Part shown: one piece after another, positions 49,397-58,095 of the stretch | Layout of the letters: every line of letters begins with the position of its first letter | Position numbering within the stretch: position 1 is the first letter of the stretch | Assembly (NCBI GenBank): GCA_963664395.2 | Contig: OY761159.2 | Location: 2,240,001 to 2,304,000 of the forward strand | Length of the DNA: 64,000 nucleotides | DNA from: Candidatus Binatia bacterium | GTDB lineage: Bacteria; Desulfobacterota; Binatia; Bin18 | Reading direction: 5' to 3' | Translations under genes and position numbers: made by a program | Notes under the pieces: generated by a model | Told to the model about the DNA's origin: nothing | Seen by the model: the letters and a program-made list of their open reading frames with translations, nothing else | Databases searched by the model: none

Positions 49397-50161
49397 ATGG
49401 CATCGCTGACTGAAAGAGTGGCCATCGTGACCGGGGCGGCGCGGGGGATCGGCCAGGAATACTGCTGTGCCTTTGCACGAGAAGGCGCGCGGGTGGTCGC
49501 GGCCGACGTTCTGTCGTGTGAGGAGACCGTCACCAAAGTCCAGGACTCGGGGGGAGAGGTGGTGGCAGTGACCACTGATGTCACGAGCGCCCAGAGCACC
49601 GCAGCCCTGGCCGCTGAGACGCTCGAGCGTTTTGGCCGGATCGATATCCTGGTCAATAATGCGGCCCTGTATGGGGGGATGTGGGTCGGCCCGTTCGATC
49701 AGATCTCGGAAGCCGACTGGGATCGGATGATGGAGGTAAATGTCAAAGGCATCTGGCTGTGCTGTAAGGCGGTCGTGCCGACGATGAAGGAACAGGGCAA
49801 AGGCAAAATCGTTAATGTGTCGTCGAGTACGATCTGGGCCGGTGATCCGTTTGCGCTGCATTACGTCGCCTCAAAGGGGGCGGTGTTTTCCCTCACCCGT
49901 GCGCTGGCCAGAGAGCTGGCCGGGACGGGGATTAATGTGAACGCCATCACCCCCGGCCACACCATGACCGAAGCGAGCAAGACGATACTCGACCCCGAAA
50001 CCTTCGAGCGCTTCCGGCGGCAATCGGTCAAGCGGCAGATTATCAAGCGGAACGAAGAGCCGGCCGACGTGGCGGGTACAGTCCTCTTTTTGGCGTCGGA
50101 TGCGAGCGACTTTATGAGTGGGCAAACGCTCAATATCGACGGTGGACGGGTCCATTACTAA
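49397..50161 (+). CDS. SDR family oxidoreductase
   Basis: TGAARGIG, NNA, YVASK, DGG. Confidence 0.95.
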   Translation: MASLTERVAIVTGAARGIGQEYCCAFAREGARVVAADVLSCEETVTKVQDSGGEVVAVTTDVTSAQSTAALAAETLERFGRIDILVNNAALYGGMWVGPFDQISEADWDRMMEVNVKGIWLCCKAVVPTMKEQGKGKIVNVSSSTIWAGDPFALHYVASKGAVFSLTRALARELAGTGINVNAITPGHTMTEASKTILDPETFERFRRQSVKRQIIKRNEEPADVAGTVLFLASDASDFMSGQTLNIDGGRVHY

Positions 50162-50217
50162 TTGACGGGGCAGCGTGCACCATCCAACGTGGAGGACCTC
50201 CCTTTTTTTCTTCTACG

Positions 50218-50778
50218 TTACATCTTTACCTGCACCGTCACCCCGGTCCGAGCGACCACATTCTTTTTATCAAGGTCCGGCCCGTGCGCCTCACCGTCAA
50301 CGACATTGTCAGGCATGAGATTTTGCGTGGTCTCTCGGCGCAGAATGACGACCACGTTTGACCGATCGACCAGGGCAAACGGAAATTCATGCCAGGTCCC
50401 GACCTTCATCGTAAAGCCAGACGAACCGTCGAACAGGAGCGCCCGGACCTGTTCGAGGTCCGGCATATCGTCCTCACTCGGTGGTGCGAGGACAACGACG
50501 AAGGGTTTCCCCTCAAGCGGAATGAAGGTCTGGGTATGCTTGAAATGGCGCTCCATCCACTGGACCCGCATCTCGCGGCGGTCAACGCTGGCCAGGGTGA
50601 GCATGGTCTCTTCATCCGACTCAAAGGTCACCGGAGCGTACACGCTGACCTTGCCGTCATAGAAGGCGACCGGCAGCGGCTTGGCCTGCTCATGGATACC
50701 GAGTAGTTGTCCGAATGGGGCCACTGTCTCAGGGGTGGCTTGTTCTACGGGAATGTCACGAATCGTTGGAGTTGTCAT
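50218..50778 (-). CDS. Ureidoglycolate lyase-like cupin protein
   Basis: APFGQ, MERH..HTQTFIPL, GTWH; start placed at ATG 50778 after GGAG. Confidence 0.85.
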   Translation of the reverse strand: MTTPTIRDIPVEQATPETVAPFGQLLGIHEQAKPLPVAFYDGKVSVYAPVTFESDEETMLTLASVDRREMRVQWMERHFKHTQTFIPLEGKPFVVVLAPPSEDDMPDLEQVRALLFDGSSGFTMKVGTWHEFPFALVDRSNVVVILRRETTQNLMPDNVVDGEAHGPDLDKKNVVARTGVTVQVKM

Positions 50779-50905
50779 ATGAAACTCTCCTTTGTGGGAG
50801 ATTGTGCCAAGCCCAAGCCCATTCGACAACCGGATGCGTTCTAGTTCTACCCGAAGGGAATCGATATGCTCTGCGAAGCCCAAAGAAAAAGAAATGAGGG
50901 ATATC

Positions 50906-51577
50906 ATGGCCGAGACCGATCTGTTTGACATTATGTATTCCTGTCGGAGCATGCGCCGACTCAAGACCGATCCGGTTCCGTTAAAGCTGATTCACAAAGT
51001 TATTGAGGCAGGAACCCAGGGACCGAGTGGGGGTGGGGTCCAGGCCTGGCGCTTTGTGGTGGTCACCGAACAGCAGGTGAAGGAGCAGATTGCCGAGATC
51101 TATCTGCGCGGCTGGCGCGCTGCGGAAACCAACTATGCCAAAGCTGGACTCACTCTGGAAAATAGTACAAACGTTCGTGCCGCCGCCTATCTGGCCGAAC
51201 ACTTGGCTGAGGCTCCGGTCCTGCTTATCCCCTGTCTCCGCTCGCGCAAGAGTCATGCAGCCCGTCTCAAAGGACCGAACAGAGAAACCTTTCTGCGGAT
51301 TTTGGGCGGGAGCATCTATCCTGCAATACAGAATATGCTACTGGCGTGCCGAGCCCTCGGTCTCGGTGCCTCGCTGACAACGATTACGACTCTGTATGAG
51401 GACGAGATGCGGAACATTCTTGAACTCCCGGACTTTCTGACCACGTACGCGCTGATTCCGATTGGATATCCCAAAGGCAAATTCGGGCCGGTGACAAGAC
51501 GGCCGGTTGAAGAGGTGACCTGGTTGAATCGATATGGCGAGGCGTTTCCAGGGCTGGGGGATACGGAACGCGTGTAG
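50906..51577 (+). CDS. Nitroreductase family protein
   Basis: RSMRRL..DPVP, PSGG..QAWRF, AIQNMLLACRALGLG, PIGYP. Confidence 0.92.
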   Translation: MAETDLFDIMYSCRSMRRLKTDPVPLKLIHKVIEAGTQGPSGGGVQAWRFVVVTEQQVKEQIAEIYLRGWRAAETNYAKAGLTLENSTNVRAAAYLAEHLAEAPVLLIPCLRSRKSHAARLKGPNRETFLRILGGSIYPAIQNMLLACRALGLGASLTTITTLYEDEMRNILELPDFLTTYALIPIGYPKGKFGPVTRRPVEEVTWLNRYGEAFPGLGDTERV

Positions 51578-51650
51578 GGGCAGCCCCCTGTGGCTGCCCG
51601 TCCCCTCTGCCCGCCCCACCCCTGGGCGACCACGGGGGGGTCGCCCCTAC
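51574..51650. repeat. Inverted pair of GTAG-type REP-like palindromes
   Basis: GTAGGGGCAGCC...GGCTGCCC and GGGCGACC...GGTCGCCCCTAC between convergent genes. Confidence 0.75.
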
Positions 51651-52153
51651 GCATCTGTTTTCAACTCGGGGAAGAGATCACGCTTGGGCACATGCGCCTT
51701 TTTCCAGACCATCACGTTACGCGTATACTGACAGACTAAGGTGCCGTCCTGCTTGACCCCCCGCGTCCCAACTTTGACGATGCCCCACTGCGGCTTGGAC
51801 TTGGATTCGCGTTTTTCCAGGACTTCCGACTCGGAATACAGCGTATCGCCGGCAAACACCGGATTCGGGAGTGTAATGTTGTCCCAGCCCAAGTTAAAGC
51901 CGTTCTCACTCACATCTGCGACGCCGAGTCCGGCAACAATAGCGAGCGTGAGCCCACTGTTAATCAGGCATTGACCGAATTCGGTCTGCTTGCCGTATTC
52001 GGTATTAAAATGAATTTGGTTGGTGTTACAGGTCAGCAAGGTGAACCAGGTATTGTCCGTCTCAGTCACGGTGCGTCCCAAGCGACAGCGATAGACATCC
52101 CCAATTTCAAAGTCTTCGTAACAACGTCCTTCCCAGCCGGGTTTGACCGCCAT
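51647..52153 (-). CDS. MaoC family dehydratase
   Basis: YEDFEIGD, RTVTETDN, IHFN, PVFAGDTL. Confidence 0.92.
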   Translation of the reverse strand: MAVKPGWEGRCYEDFEIGDVYRCRLGRTVTETDNTWFTLLTCNTNQIHFNTEYGKQTEFGQCLINSGLTLAIVAGLGVADVSENGFNLGWDNITLPNPVFAGDTLYSESEVLEKRESKSKPQWGIVKVGTRGVKQDGTLVCQYTRNVMVWKKAHVPKRDLFPELKTDA

Positions 52154-52210
52154 AGTACCCTCCTCAACAGAGTGAAATTTTTGCCGCAGTGTACCACATG
52201 GCTTCTTCCC

Positions 52211-52268
52211 TTGGGAGCGCGGCCATCTTGGCCGCGTCTGTGAGCGGGCTAGAAGCCCGCCCTCCCAG
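52211..52268. repeat. Inverted pair of GGGAG-type REP-like palindromes
   Basis: TGGGAGCGCGGCCATCTTGGCCGC ... GCGGGCTAGAAGCCCGCCCTCCCAG. Confidence 0.6.
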
Positions 52269-52281
52269 GCTGAGGCGACTC

Positions 52282-52785
52282 TTACCAGCGGTGACTTTTT
52301 GGTTTTTGACCCTGCCCGGCTGTGGTTTCCTCTTCTTCGAGAACGGCTAAGACAAGAGCGAGCTGGCCACTCGTTCGGTAGAAAAATCCGGCAAGCAGGA
52401 CGGGTTTCCGAATATGCTCCTCGGTCAGGAGCGGGGCTAATATCTCCCCATTGATGATACGCAGATTCGGTTTGTGCCGGCGCATATCTCGGAGCACGGA
52501 AAGCTCGCTTTGCGCCTTACTCGCGGTATGGAATTCATCGACCTGAAGATAGACCTCGTCGTCTTTGGAAATCCCGAAGGCTAAGAGGTCGCCATGCCTG
52601 CCAGGATCACCAGTCGGAACGAAATAGAGCTTCCCGCTGAATCGGACTCGCAGAGGAGTGCCTTCAGCGGCAGACTCTGACGGGAGAGAGAGCAAAAGGA
52701 TGAACACCCAGACCAGGAGGCTCAGGAGGCTCAGGAGGCTCAGGAGGCTCAGGAGGCTGAGATGTCGCATAGAGTGCCTGAACAT
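52282..52785 (-). CDS. Hypothetical exported protein
   Basis: Signal-like N-terminus expanded by a 9-bp repeat, ending in SAA. Confidence 0.7.
   Translation of the reverse strand: MFRHSMRHLSLLSLLSLLSLLSLLVWVFILLLSLPSESAAEGTPLRVRFSGKLYFVPTGDPGRHGDLLAFGISKDDEVYLQVDEFHTASKAQSELSVLRDMRRHKPNLRIINGEILAPLLTEEHIRKPVLLAGFFYRTSGQLALVLAVLEEEETTAGQGQKPKSHRW
52714..52758. repeat. In-frame 9-bp tandem repeat x5
   Basis: CAGGAGGCT x5, perfect; encodes (SLL)5 on the minus strand. Confidence 0.95.
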
Positions 52786-52806
52786 CGGGAATATCCTGTG
52801 GTCGTG

Positions 52807-54342
52807 TTAGTCCGTACTTTCTCTTCCAGCCTCTATACTTCCCTTATCCTTACTTGGGATTCCCTGACAGGGAGAAGCGCAAGGCTGTTGGGCCGGAACC
52901 ATTGGGAGCAGGACAGTGAAACAGCTTCCTCGCCCAACGCTGCTATCGACACTGATCCGCCCCTCATGAGCGAGCACGATTGAACGCGCTAATGCCAGGC
53001 CGAGACCACTTCCTCCTCGGTTTTGGGCGTGGCTTCGGGCCGGGTCACTGCGATAGAAACGATCAAAGATATGACGCTGCTCCTCGGGTGCAATGCCGGC
53101 CCCAGTGTCGGTGACTGACAGTTGCGCCTGTGTCCCCGACGGTTTCAGTGTCAGCGTCACAGTCCCGCTATCCGGTGTGTATTTAATAGCGTTCTCACCC
53201 AGGTTGAACATGAGCCGAAACAACATGGTCTCACTGCCCCGCGTCCATAGTTCCGTTGGCGCGGCAGTCTTCAACGTAATGTGAACTGTCTCGGCCAGCG
53301 CGTACAGCGCTGTACAGACGTCTCGCAGGACCGCTGTGAGATTGACCGGGGTACGCGCGATATTCATATTGCCGCTGTCAGAGCGGGCCAGAAAGAGCAG
53401 GTCCGTGACGAGCGCGCTGAGGCGGTCAACTTCTTCAAGGCAACTGACCAGGACGTGGCGATATTCATCCGGTGTTGGAGGAGAGCGGAGCGCAACCTCA
53501 ATCTCCCCTTTGAGAATGGTAAGCGGCGTACGCAGTTCGTGGGCGGCATCTGCGCTAAAGTGCCTGACTGCAGCAAACGCACGTTCCAGCCGAGCCAGCA
53601 TGGCGTTCAATACCGCGGCCAGACGGCCGAGCTCGTCCGTACTGTCCGCGGCCTCGATCCGGCGCGAGAGGTCTTCCGCCTCTATTGCCCGGGCCGTATT
53701 AACCATTGCATCCACAGGGGCCAGGGCGTGTCGTGCCAGAAACCAGCCGCCCACTCCCGCCCCCCCGAGTGCCAGCGGGATGAGTCCCAGGAGAATCAAG
53801 AGAAAGCGAGAACGGGCCGTATCCGCACTCTCAAGGGGCATGGCGACCTGAACGAGATGAATCATGCGGCCGCGCTCAATAACCGGCAGCGTCAGCAGCC
53901 GGACCGGTATCCCCTCCCTCTCTTCCCCCCTAGAAGGAGGAGGTAAGGTGATGGTCTGATAGGTTTCCCGGCCTTGCCGGGCGTTTGACTGCGCTTCCGG
54001 GCTGAGTGGGAATTGCATGCGGGAGCGCGGCACAACACGTGGGTCCGGACGGCCCAATGGATCAAGTAAACGAAAGAACCGAGCGGCCGGCCCGGAACCA
54101 AGAGGACCAAGCGGGCCAAGCAGCGCCTCTAAAGCTGCACCTAAATCACGTCCTGTCGGTGGGGGACGCCGGACCGAATCGGCAATGGACACTGCGACAG
54201 ATTTAAGCGAGGCATCAATATTGTCGCGCAACCCTCGGTCGAGGAGAATGAAGGCGGCTGCCCCGAGGAGGACCAACATCCCGGTCAGGAGAGCCGTATA
54301 CCAGAGCGTCAGGCGGGCACGCAGGCTGGTTGGCAAGCGCAT
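52807..54342 (-). CDS. Sensor histidine kinase (CusS/CzcS-like)
   Basis: 2 TM helices, HAMP, FSADAAHELRTPL, NLGENAIKY, DTGAGI, GSGLGL. Confidence 0.93.
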   Translation of the reverse strand: MRLPTSLRARLTLWYTALLTGMLVLLGAAAFILLDRGLRDNIDASLKSVAVSIADSVRRPPPTGRDLGAALEALLGPLGPLGSGPAARFFRLLDPLGRPDPRVVPRSRMQFPLSPEAQSNARQGRETYQTITLPPPSRGEEREGIPVRLLTLPVIERGRMIHLVQVAMPLESADTARSRFLLILLGLIPLALGGAGVGGWFLARHALAPVDAMVNTARAIEAEDLSRRIEAADSTDELGRLAAVLNAMLARLERAFAAVRHFSADAAHELRTPLTILKGEIEVALRSPPTPDEYRHVLVSCLEEVDRLSALVTDLLFLARSDSGNMNIARTPVNLTAVLRDVCTALYALAETVHITLKTAAPTELWTRGSETMLFRLMFNLGENAIKYTPDSGTVTLTLKPSGTQAQLSVTDTGAGIAPEEQRHIFDRFYRSDPARSHAQNRGGSGLGLALARSIVLAHEGRISVDSSVGRGSCFTVLLPMVPAQQPCASPCQGIPSKDKGSIEAGRESTD

Positions 54343-55055
54343 TATACCTCGGGCTCCTTTATGACATAGCCAACCCCGCGCACCGTATGGATCAGTTTGA
54401 TAGGAAAATCAGCGTCAATCTTTTTCCGGAGATAATTGACATACACATCAATCACATTGGTAAAGGTGTCGAAATCCACGCCCCACACATGCTGGGCGAT
54501 TATGACGCGGCTGAGCACACGACCGGGTTGACGCAAAAAGAATTCGAGCAAGGCAAACTCTTTTGCGGTCAGTTCAATCCGGGTTCCCGCGCGCCTGACC
54601 TCGCGCGAGGCCAGGTCGAGTTCCAAGTCCGCCACGGTCAAGGTAGAGGGGGACAATGGGCCGCCCCGACGCAGTAAGGCCCGAATCCGGGCGAGCAGTT
54701 CTTCAAAGGCAAATGGTTTGGTCAGATAGTCATCCGCGCCTCGGTCCAGCCCTGCGACTTTATCCGCAACCGTGTCACGAGCGGTGAGCATCAGGACCGG
54801 AACGCGGAGTTTGCGCGGCCGCATCTCCATCCGCATTTCCATCCGCATCTCCATCCGCATTTCTTGGAGGACGCTCAATCCATCCCGCTTGGGCAGCATG
54901 ACGTCCAAAACGACCAGATCGTACTCGTGGTCGAACGCCTGGGTGAGCCCGACCTCGCCATCTGGAGCGATATCAACACTATAGCCCTCGGCCTCAAGAC
55001 CACGGCGGATAAAACTGGCGACTTTTACTTCGTCTTCAATCACAAGGATACGCAC
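54342..55055 (-). CDS. OmpR-family response regulator (CusR/CzcR-like)
   Basis: ILVIEDE, LDVMLP, GADDYLTKPF, TNVIDVYVNYLRKK, HTVRGVGY; TAATG coupling to the kinase; start 55055 or 55070. Confidence 0.95.
   Translation of the reverse strand: MRILVIEDEVKVASFIRRGLEAEGYSVDIAPDGEVGLTQAFDHEYDLVVLDVMLPKRDGLSVLQEMRMEMRMEMRMEMRPRKLRVPVLMLTARDTVADKVAGLDRGADDYLTKPFAFEELLARIRALLRRGGPLSPSTLTVADLELDLASREVRRAGTRIELTAKEFALLEFFLRQPGRVLSRVIIAQHVWGVDFDTFTNVIDVYVNYLRKKIDADFPIKLIHTVRGVGYVIKEPEV
54819..54863. repeat. In-frame 12-bp tandem repeat (about 3.7 copies)
   Basis: CCGCATYTCCAT units encoding EMRMEMRMEMRMEMR. Confidence 0.93.
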
Positions 55056-55116
55056 GAGCTTGCCTCGCATTTGCCTCAGGTTCACGAACAGCTTGAATGG
55101 GCATATTGTAGCAGAG

Positions 55117-55416
55117 ATGCCCATAAGACCCAGCCTGTCCCCTCTGAAAATGGTCCGCCATCTGCCCCGGTTTGCGAAGCTGTTCTGGCGGCTGTTCCGA
55201 GACCGGCGTGTCCCGTTCCGGGCCAAGGCCGTACTGGGTGGAGCAATATTCTACTTGGTACTGCCCACGGATTTGCTGCCCGATATCCTGCCTTTCGTTG
55301 GCGTTGTCGACGATATTACTGTCCTGTTCCTTGCCGGCCGCTGGTTTCTTTCCTTGTGTCCACCGAACGTGGTACAGGAGCATGTGAGGACATTGAGTAA
55401 GGAAGCCGCGGGTTAA
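55117..55416 (+). CDS. YkvA/DUF1232 family protein
   Basis: AK...YLVLPTDLLPDILPFVGVVDD; start 55117 or 55150. Confidence 0.9.
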   Translation: MPIRPSLSPLKMVRHLPRFAKLFWRLFRDRRVPFRAKAVLGGAIFYLVLPTDLLPDILPFVGVVDDITVLFLAGRWFLSLCPPNVVQEHVRTLSKEAAG

Positions 55417-55436
55417 TATCTATTTGTATTGTCAAC

Positions 55437-55486
55437 AGAAGTATCGAGAATGACCTCTGATTGAATTTGAGATTCTCGATACTTCT
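55437..55486. repeat. Perfect 15-bp inverted repeat upstream of the ggt RBS
   Basis: AGAAGTATCGAGAAT-20 nt-ATTCTCGATACTTCT. Confidence 0.85.
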
Positions 55487-55499
55487 TAAGGAGTGACCT

Positions 55500-57251
55500 A
55501 TGACATATCGCCCAACCCTGATGAGTACGCGAGGTATGATTTCGACCGAACACTATCTGTCCGCCGAAGCCGGCATGCATATTCTCCGTGCCGGGGGCAA
55601 CGCGTTTGATGCTGCCGTAGCCGCAGCGCTAGTCGAAGGCGTGCTCAACCCCCATATGCATACGTTCGGAGGCGAACTGTCCGCACTCGCGTACAGCGCG
55701 GCGGATAATAAAGTTTTCTCGATTAATGGCAATACCGTTGCTCCCAAAGCGGCCACGCTTGAGTGGTTTCAGCAGCAGGACCTCACGCTCATTCCAGCCC
55801 GCGGAGTCCTGGCCGCCGGGCCGTGTGCGGCTCCGGACGCCTTCATTTCTGTTCTGCAACGCTTTGGTACCTGCAGCTTTGCCCAAGTGGTTGAATCTGC
55901 GCTGGAACTGGCCGAGGACGGTTTTCCCATGCACCGCGCCTTACGTGGACCGGCGCCGGCCTATCTGAATATGGATTTTTCGATTGCCGGGAATGCCGAG
56001 CATTTCAGGAAACACTGGCCGTCTTCAGCAAAAGTCTATCTGCCGGACGGACACTTACCCGATGTGGGTCAAGTCATTACGAATCCGGACCTGGCCCGCA
56101 CGTTCCGTCGCCTTATTGCGGCAGAAGTAGGGGCGGCTGGTGATCGTCTGGACGGTCTCACCGCCGCCCGTGCCGAGTTTTATGAAGGGCACATCGCTCA
56201 GACCATAGCGGCCCATGCGAAAGAACAGGGGGGACTGCTGAGCGCAGAAGATTTAGCCGACTTTCATATTCAGATCGAAGAGCCGACGACTCTCAATTAT
56301 CGTGGCTATGATGTGTATAAGTGTGGCCCCTGGAGCCAAGGCCCGGTGTTTCTGCAGCAACTGGCCCTGCTTGAAGGTTTTGATCTCAAGGGGATGGGCC
56401 TGAATAGTGCGGATTATATTCATACGGTCACAGAAGCAGCCAAGCTTGCCTTTGCCGACCGTGAGCAATACTACGGCGACCCGAATTTTACAGATGTTCC
56501 ACTGGAAGGACTCCTGTCCAAAGACTATGCGTCCAGGCGGCGTGGGCTGATCGATAACGGCCACGCGTCGCTTGACCAGCGGCCAGGCAATCCGCGGACT
56601 GGAGCCGCGTTGCTTGAAGGGGAAGACATCTTTGCGGCGCGGAATTGGGGTCCGGGGACCGTCTATGTGGCGGTGATCGATAAGGAGCGTAATATGGCTT
56701 CTTTTACTCCGAGCGGCGCCTGGATTCCTTCCTCCCCGGTGATGGACGGACTCGGCTTCCCCCTGGGGACACGAGTCCAGACGTTCTTCTTGGATGCAAA
56801 GCATCCCAACGCATTGGTACCGGGGAAACGTCCGCGTACCACCCTGACTCCGACCCTTGTGATGCGAGATGGAAAACCCGGTATGGTTTTTGGCACGCCG
56901 GGCGGAGACCAGCAAGATCAGTGGACGTTGCAATTCTTTCTGGCGGTCGCGGATTTTGGAATGGACGTACAGGCTGCCATAGAAGCCCCACGGTTCTCGA
57001 CTGCCCATTTCCCGACGAGTTTCTATCCGCACAATTGTGTTCCCGGCCTCCTGCGGGTCGAGGATCGTATTGCTGCAGACATCCGTACTGAGCTCGAAGT
57101 GCGCGGACACAAGCTCCAAGTCAACCCAGCCTGGAGCGAAGGAGATGTGCTGGGTATCCGCATTGACGCTACGCATGGCACGCTGCACGGGGGCGCTGAT
57201 GTGCGCGGGGAACAGAGCAAACGGATGCCATCGTATGTTGTTGGATGGTAA
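55500..57251 (+). CDS. Gamma-glutamyltransferase family protein
   Basis: GGNAFDAAVA, AFADR..YYGDP, Thr nucleophile (GT-VY), PGKRPRTTLTP, GTPGGDQQ. Confidence 0.93.
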   Translation: MTYRPTLMSTRGMISTEHYLSAEAGMHILRAGGNAFDAAVAAALVEGVLNPHMHTFGGELSALAYSAADNKVFSINGNTVAPKAATLEWFQQQDLTLIPARGVLAAGPCAAPDAFISVLQRFGTCSFAQVVESALELAEDGFPMHRALRGPAPAYLNMDFSIAGNAEHFRKHWPSSAKVYLPDGHLPDVGQVITNPDLARTFRRLIAAEVGAAGDRLDGLTAARAEFYEGHIAQTIAAHAKEQGGLLSAEDLADFHIQIEEPTTLNYRGYDVYKCGPWSQGPVFLQQLALLEGFDLKGMGLNSADYIHTVTEAAKLAFADREQYYGDPNFTDVPLEGLLSKDYASRRRGLIDNGHASLDQRPGNPRTGAALLEGEDIFAARNWGPGTVYVAVIDKERNMASFTPSGAWIPSSPVMDGLGFPLGTRVQTFFLDAKHPNALVPGKRPRTTLTPTLVMRDGKPGMVFGTPGGDQQDQWTLQFFLAVADFGMDVQAAIEAPRFSTAHFPTSFYPHNCVPGLLRVEDRIAADIRTELEVRGHKLQVNPAWSEGDVLGIRIDATHGTLHGGADVRGEQSKRMPSYVVGW

Positions 57252-57339
57252 GTTTTCCTTGGGTTGGGAGATTTTTCTTGTGTCTCTCCTCACCGCTTGC
57301 CATATCTATGTATTAGAAAAGCTAAGATTAAAATTTAGC

Positions 57340-57369
57340 TCTTGACTCTCAAAGCGAGAGTGCTAGGTA
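57340..57369 (+). promoter_or_regulatory. CIRCE-like operator overlapping a putative sigma70 promoter
   Basis: TCTTGACTC-N9-GAGTGCTAG versus CIRCE TTAGCACTC-N9-GAGTGCTAA; contains TTGACT (-35-like). Confidence 0.45.
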
Positions 57370-57699
57370 AGTAGTGGTAGTGTGCGTGGGAGGCGCGTGG
57401 CGAGGGCAACATCGTCCACCAGACTGAAGACGGGAGGACATCTGCCATACATGCGAGCTCGGGAGCAACATCTCGGCTCTATTCTTCTTAGTCGAAAGAT
57501 TCGGCTTTCTCCATCCACCCAACCCCCCTATTCAGACACGATTCCCTCTCTTCTCTTAAGTCCTCGAAAAGCACCGACTATTCGGACTGTTGGCGTCTTT
57601 TCTGGTCTACAAATCGTTGCAGAGCCACGTCCGCCGCCAACGAGAAATACTATGAGGAATGCCTTTTTCGTAAACCCAAAAAATTGGAGGAGTGGAATT

Positions 57700-58050
57700 A
57701 TGCAACTGCCAGTGCACATCGTCTCTCGCGATCTTTATCTTTCCAATCATCTGGAGACAACCATTCATGAGAAAGCAAGCAAGCTTGACACCTTTTATAG
57801 TCGCATTACACGCTGCCGAGTCGTTATTGAATCCCCGACGCACCATCACTGGAAGAGTAAATCCTATAAAGTGCGGATTGACCTGAGCGTGCCTGGCGCT
57901 GAGCTTGTTGTGAACCACCACGAAAACCAGGACTTAAAAATCGCTATCCGAGACGCCTTTGAGGCGGCCAAACGTCAGTTGCAACACTATGCCCACCAAC
58001 AACGCGGTGATGTGAAGGCGCATTCCGCAATGGCAGAAGCGTGGCATTAG
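57700..58050 (+). CDS. HPF/RaiA family ribosome-associated protein
   Basis: LPVHIVSR...KL..FYSRITRCRVVIE.P.HHH...VRIDLSVPG...AIRDAFEAAKRQL; GGAGG RBS. Confidence 0.9.
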   Translation: MQLPVHIVSRDLYLSNHLETTIHEKASKLDTFYSRITRCRVVIESPTHHHWKSKSYKVRIDLSVPGAELVVNHHENQDLKIAIRDAFEAAKRQLQHYAHQQRGDVKAHSAMAEAWH

Positions 58051-58095
58051 AACGAATGCCATGCCGCCACTGTTTCCTTAAGGAAAGGAAAAGCT

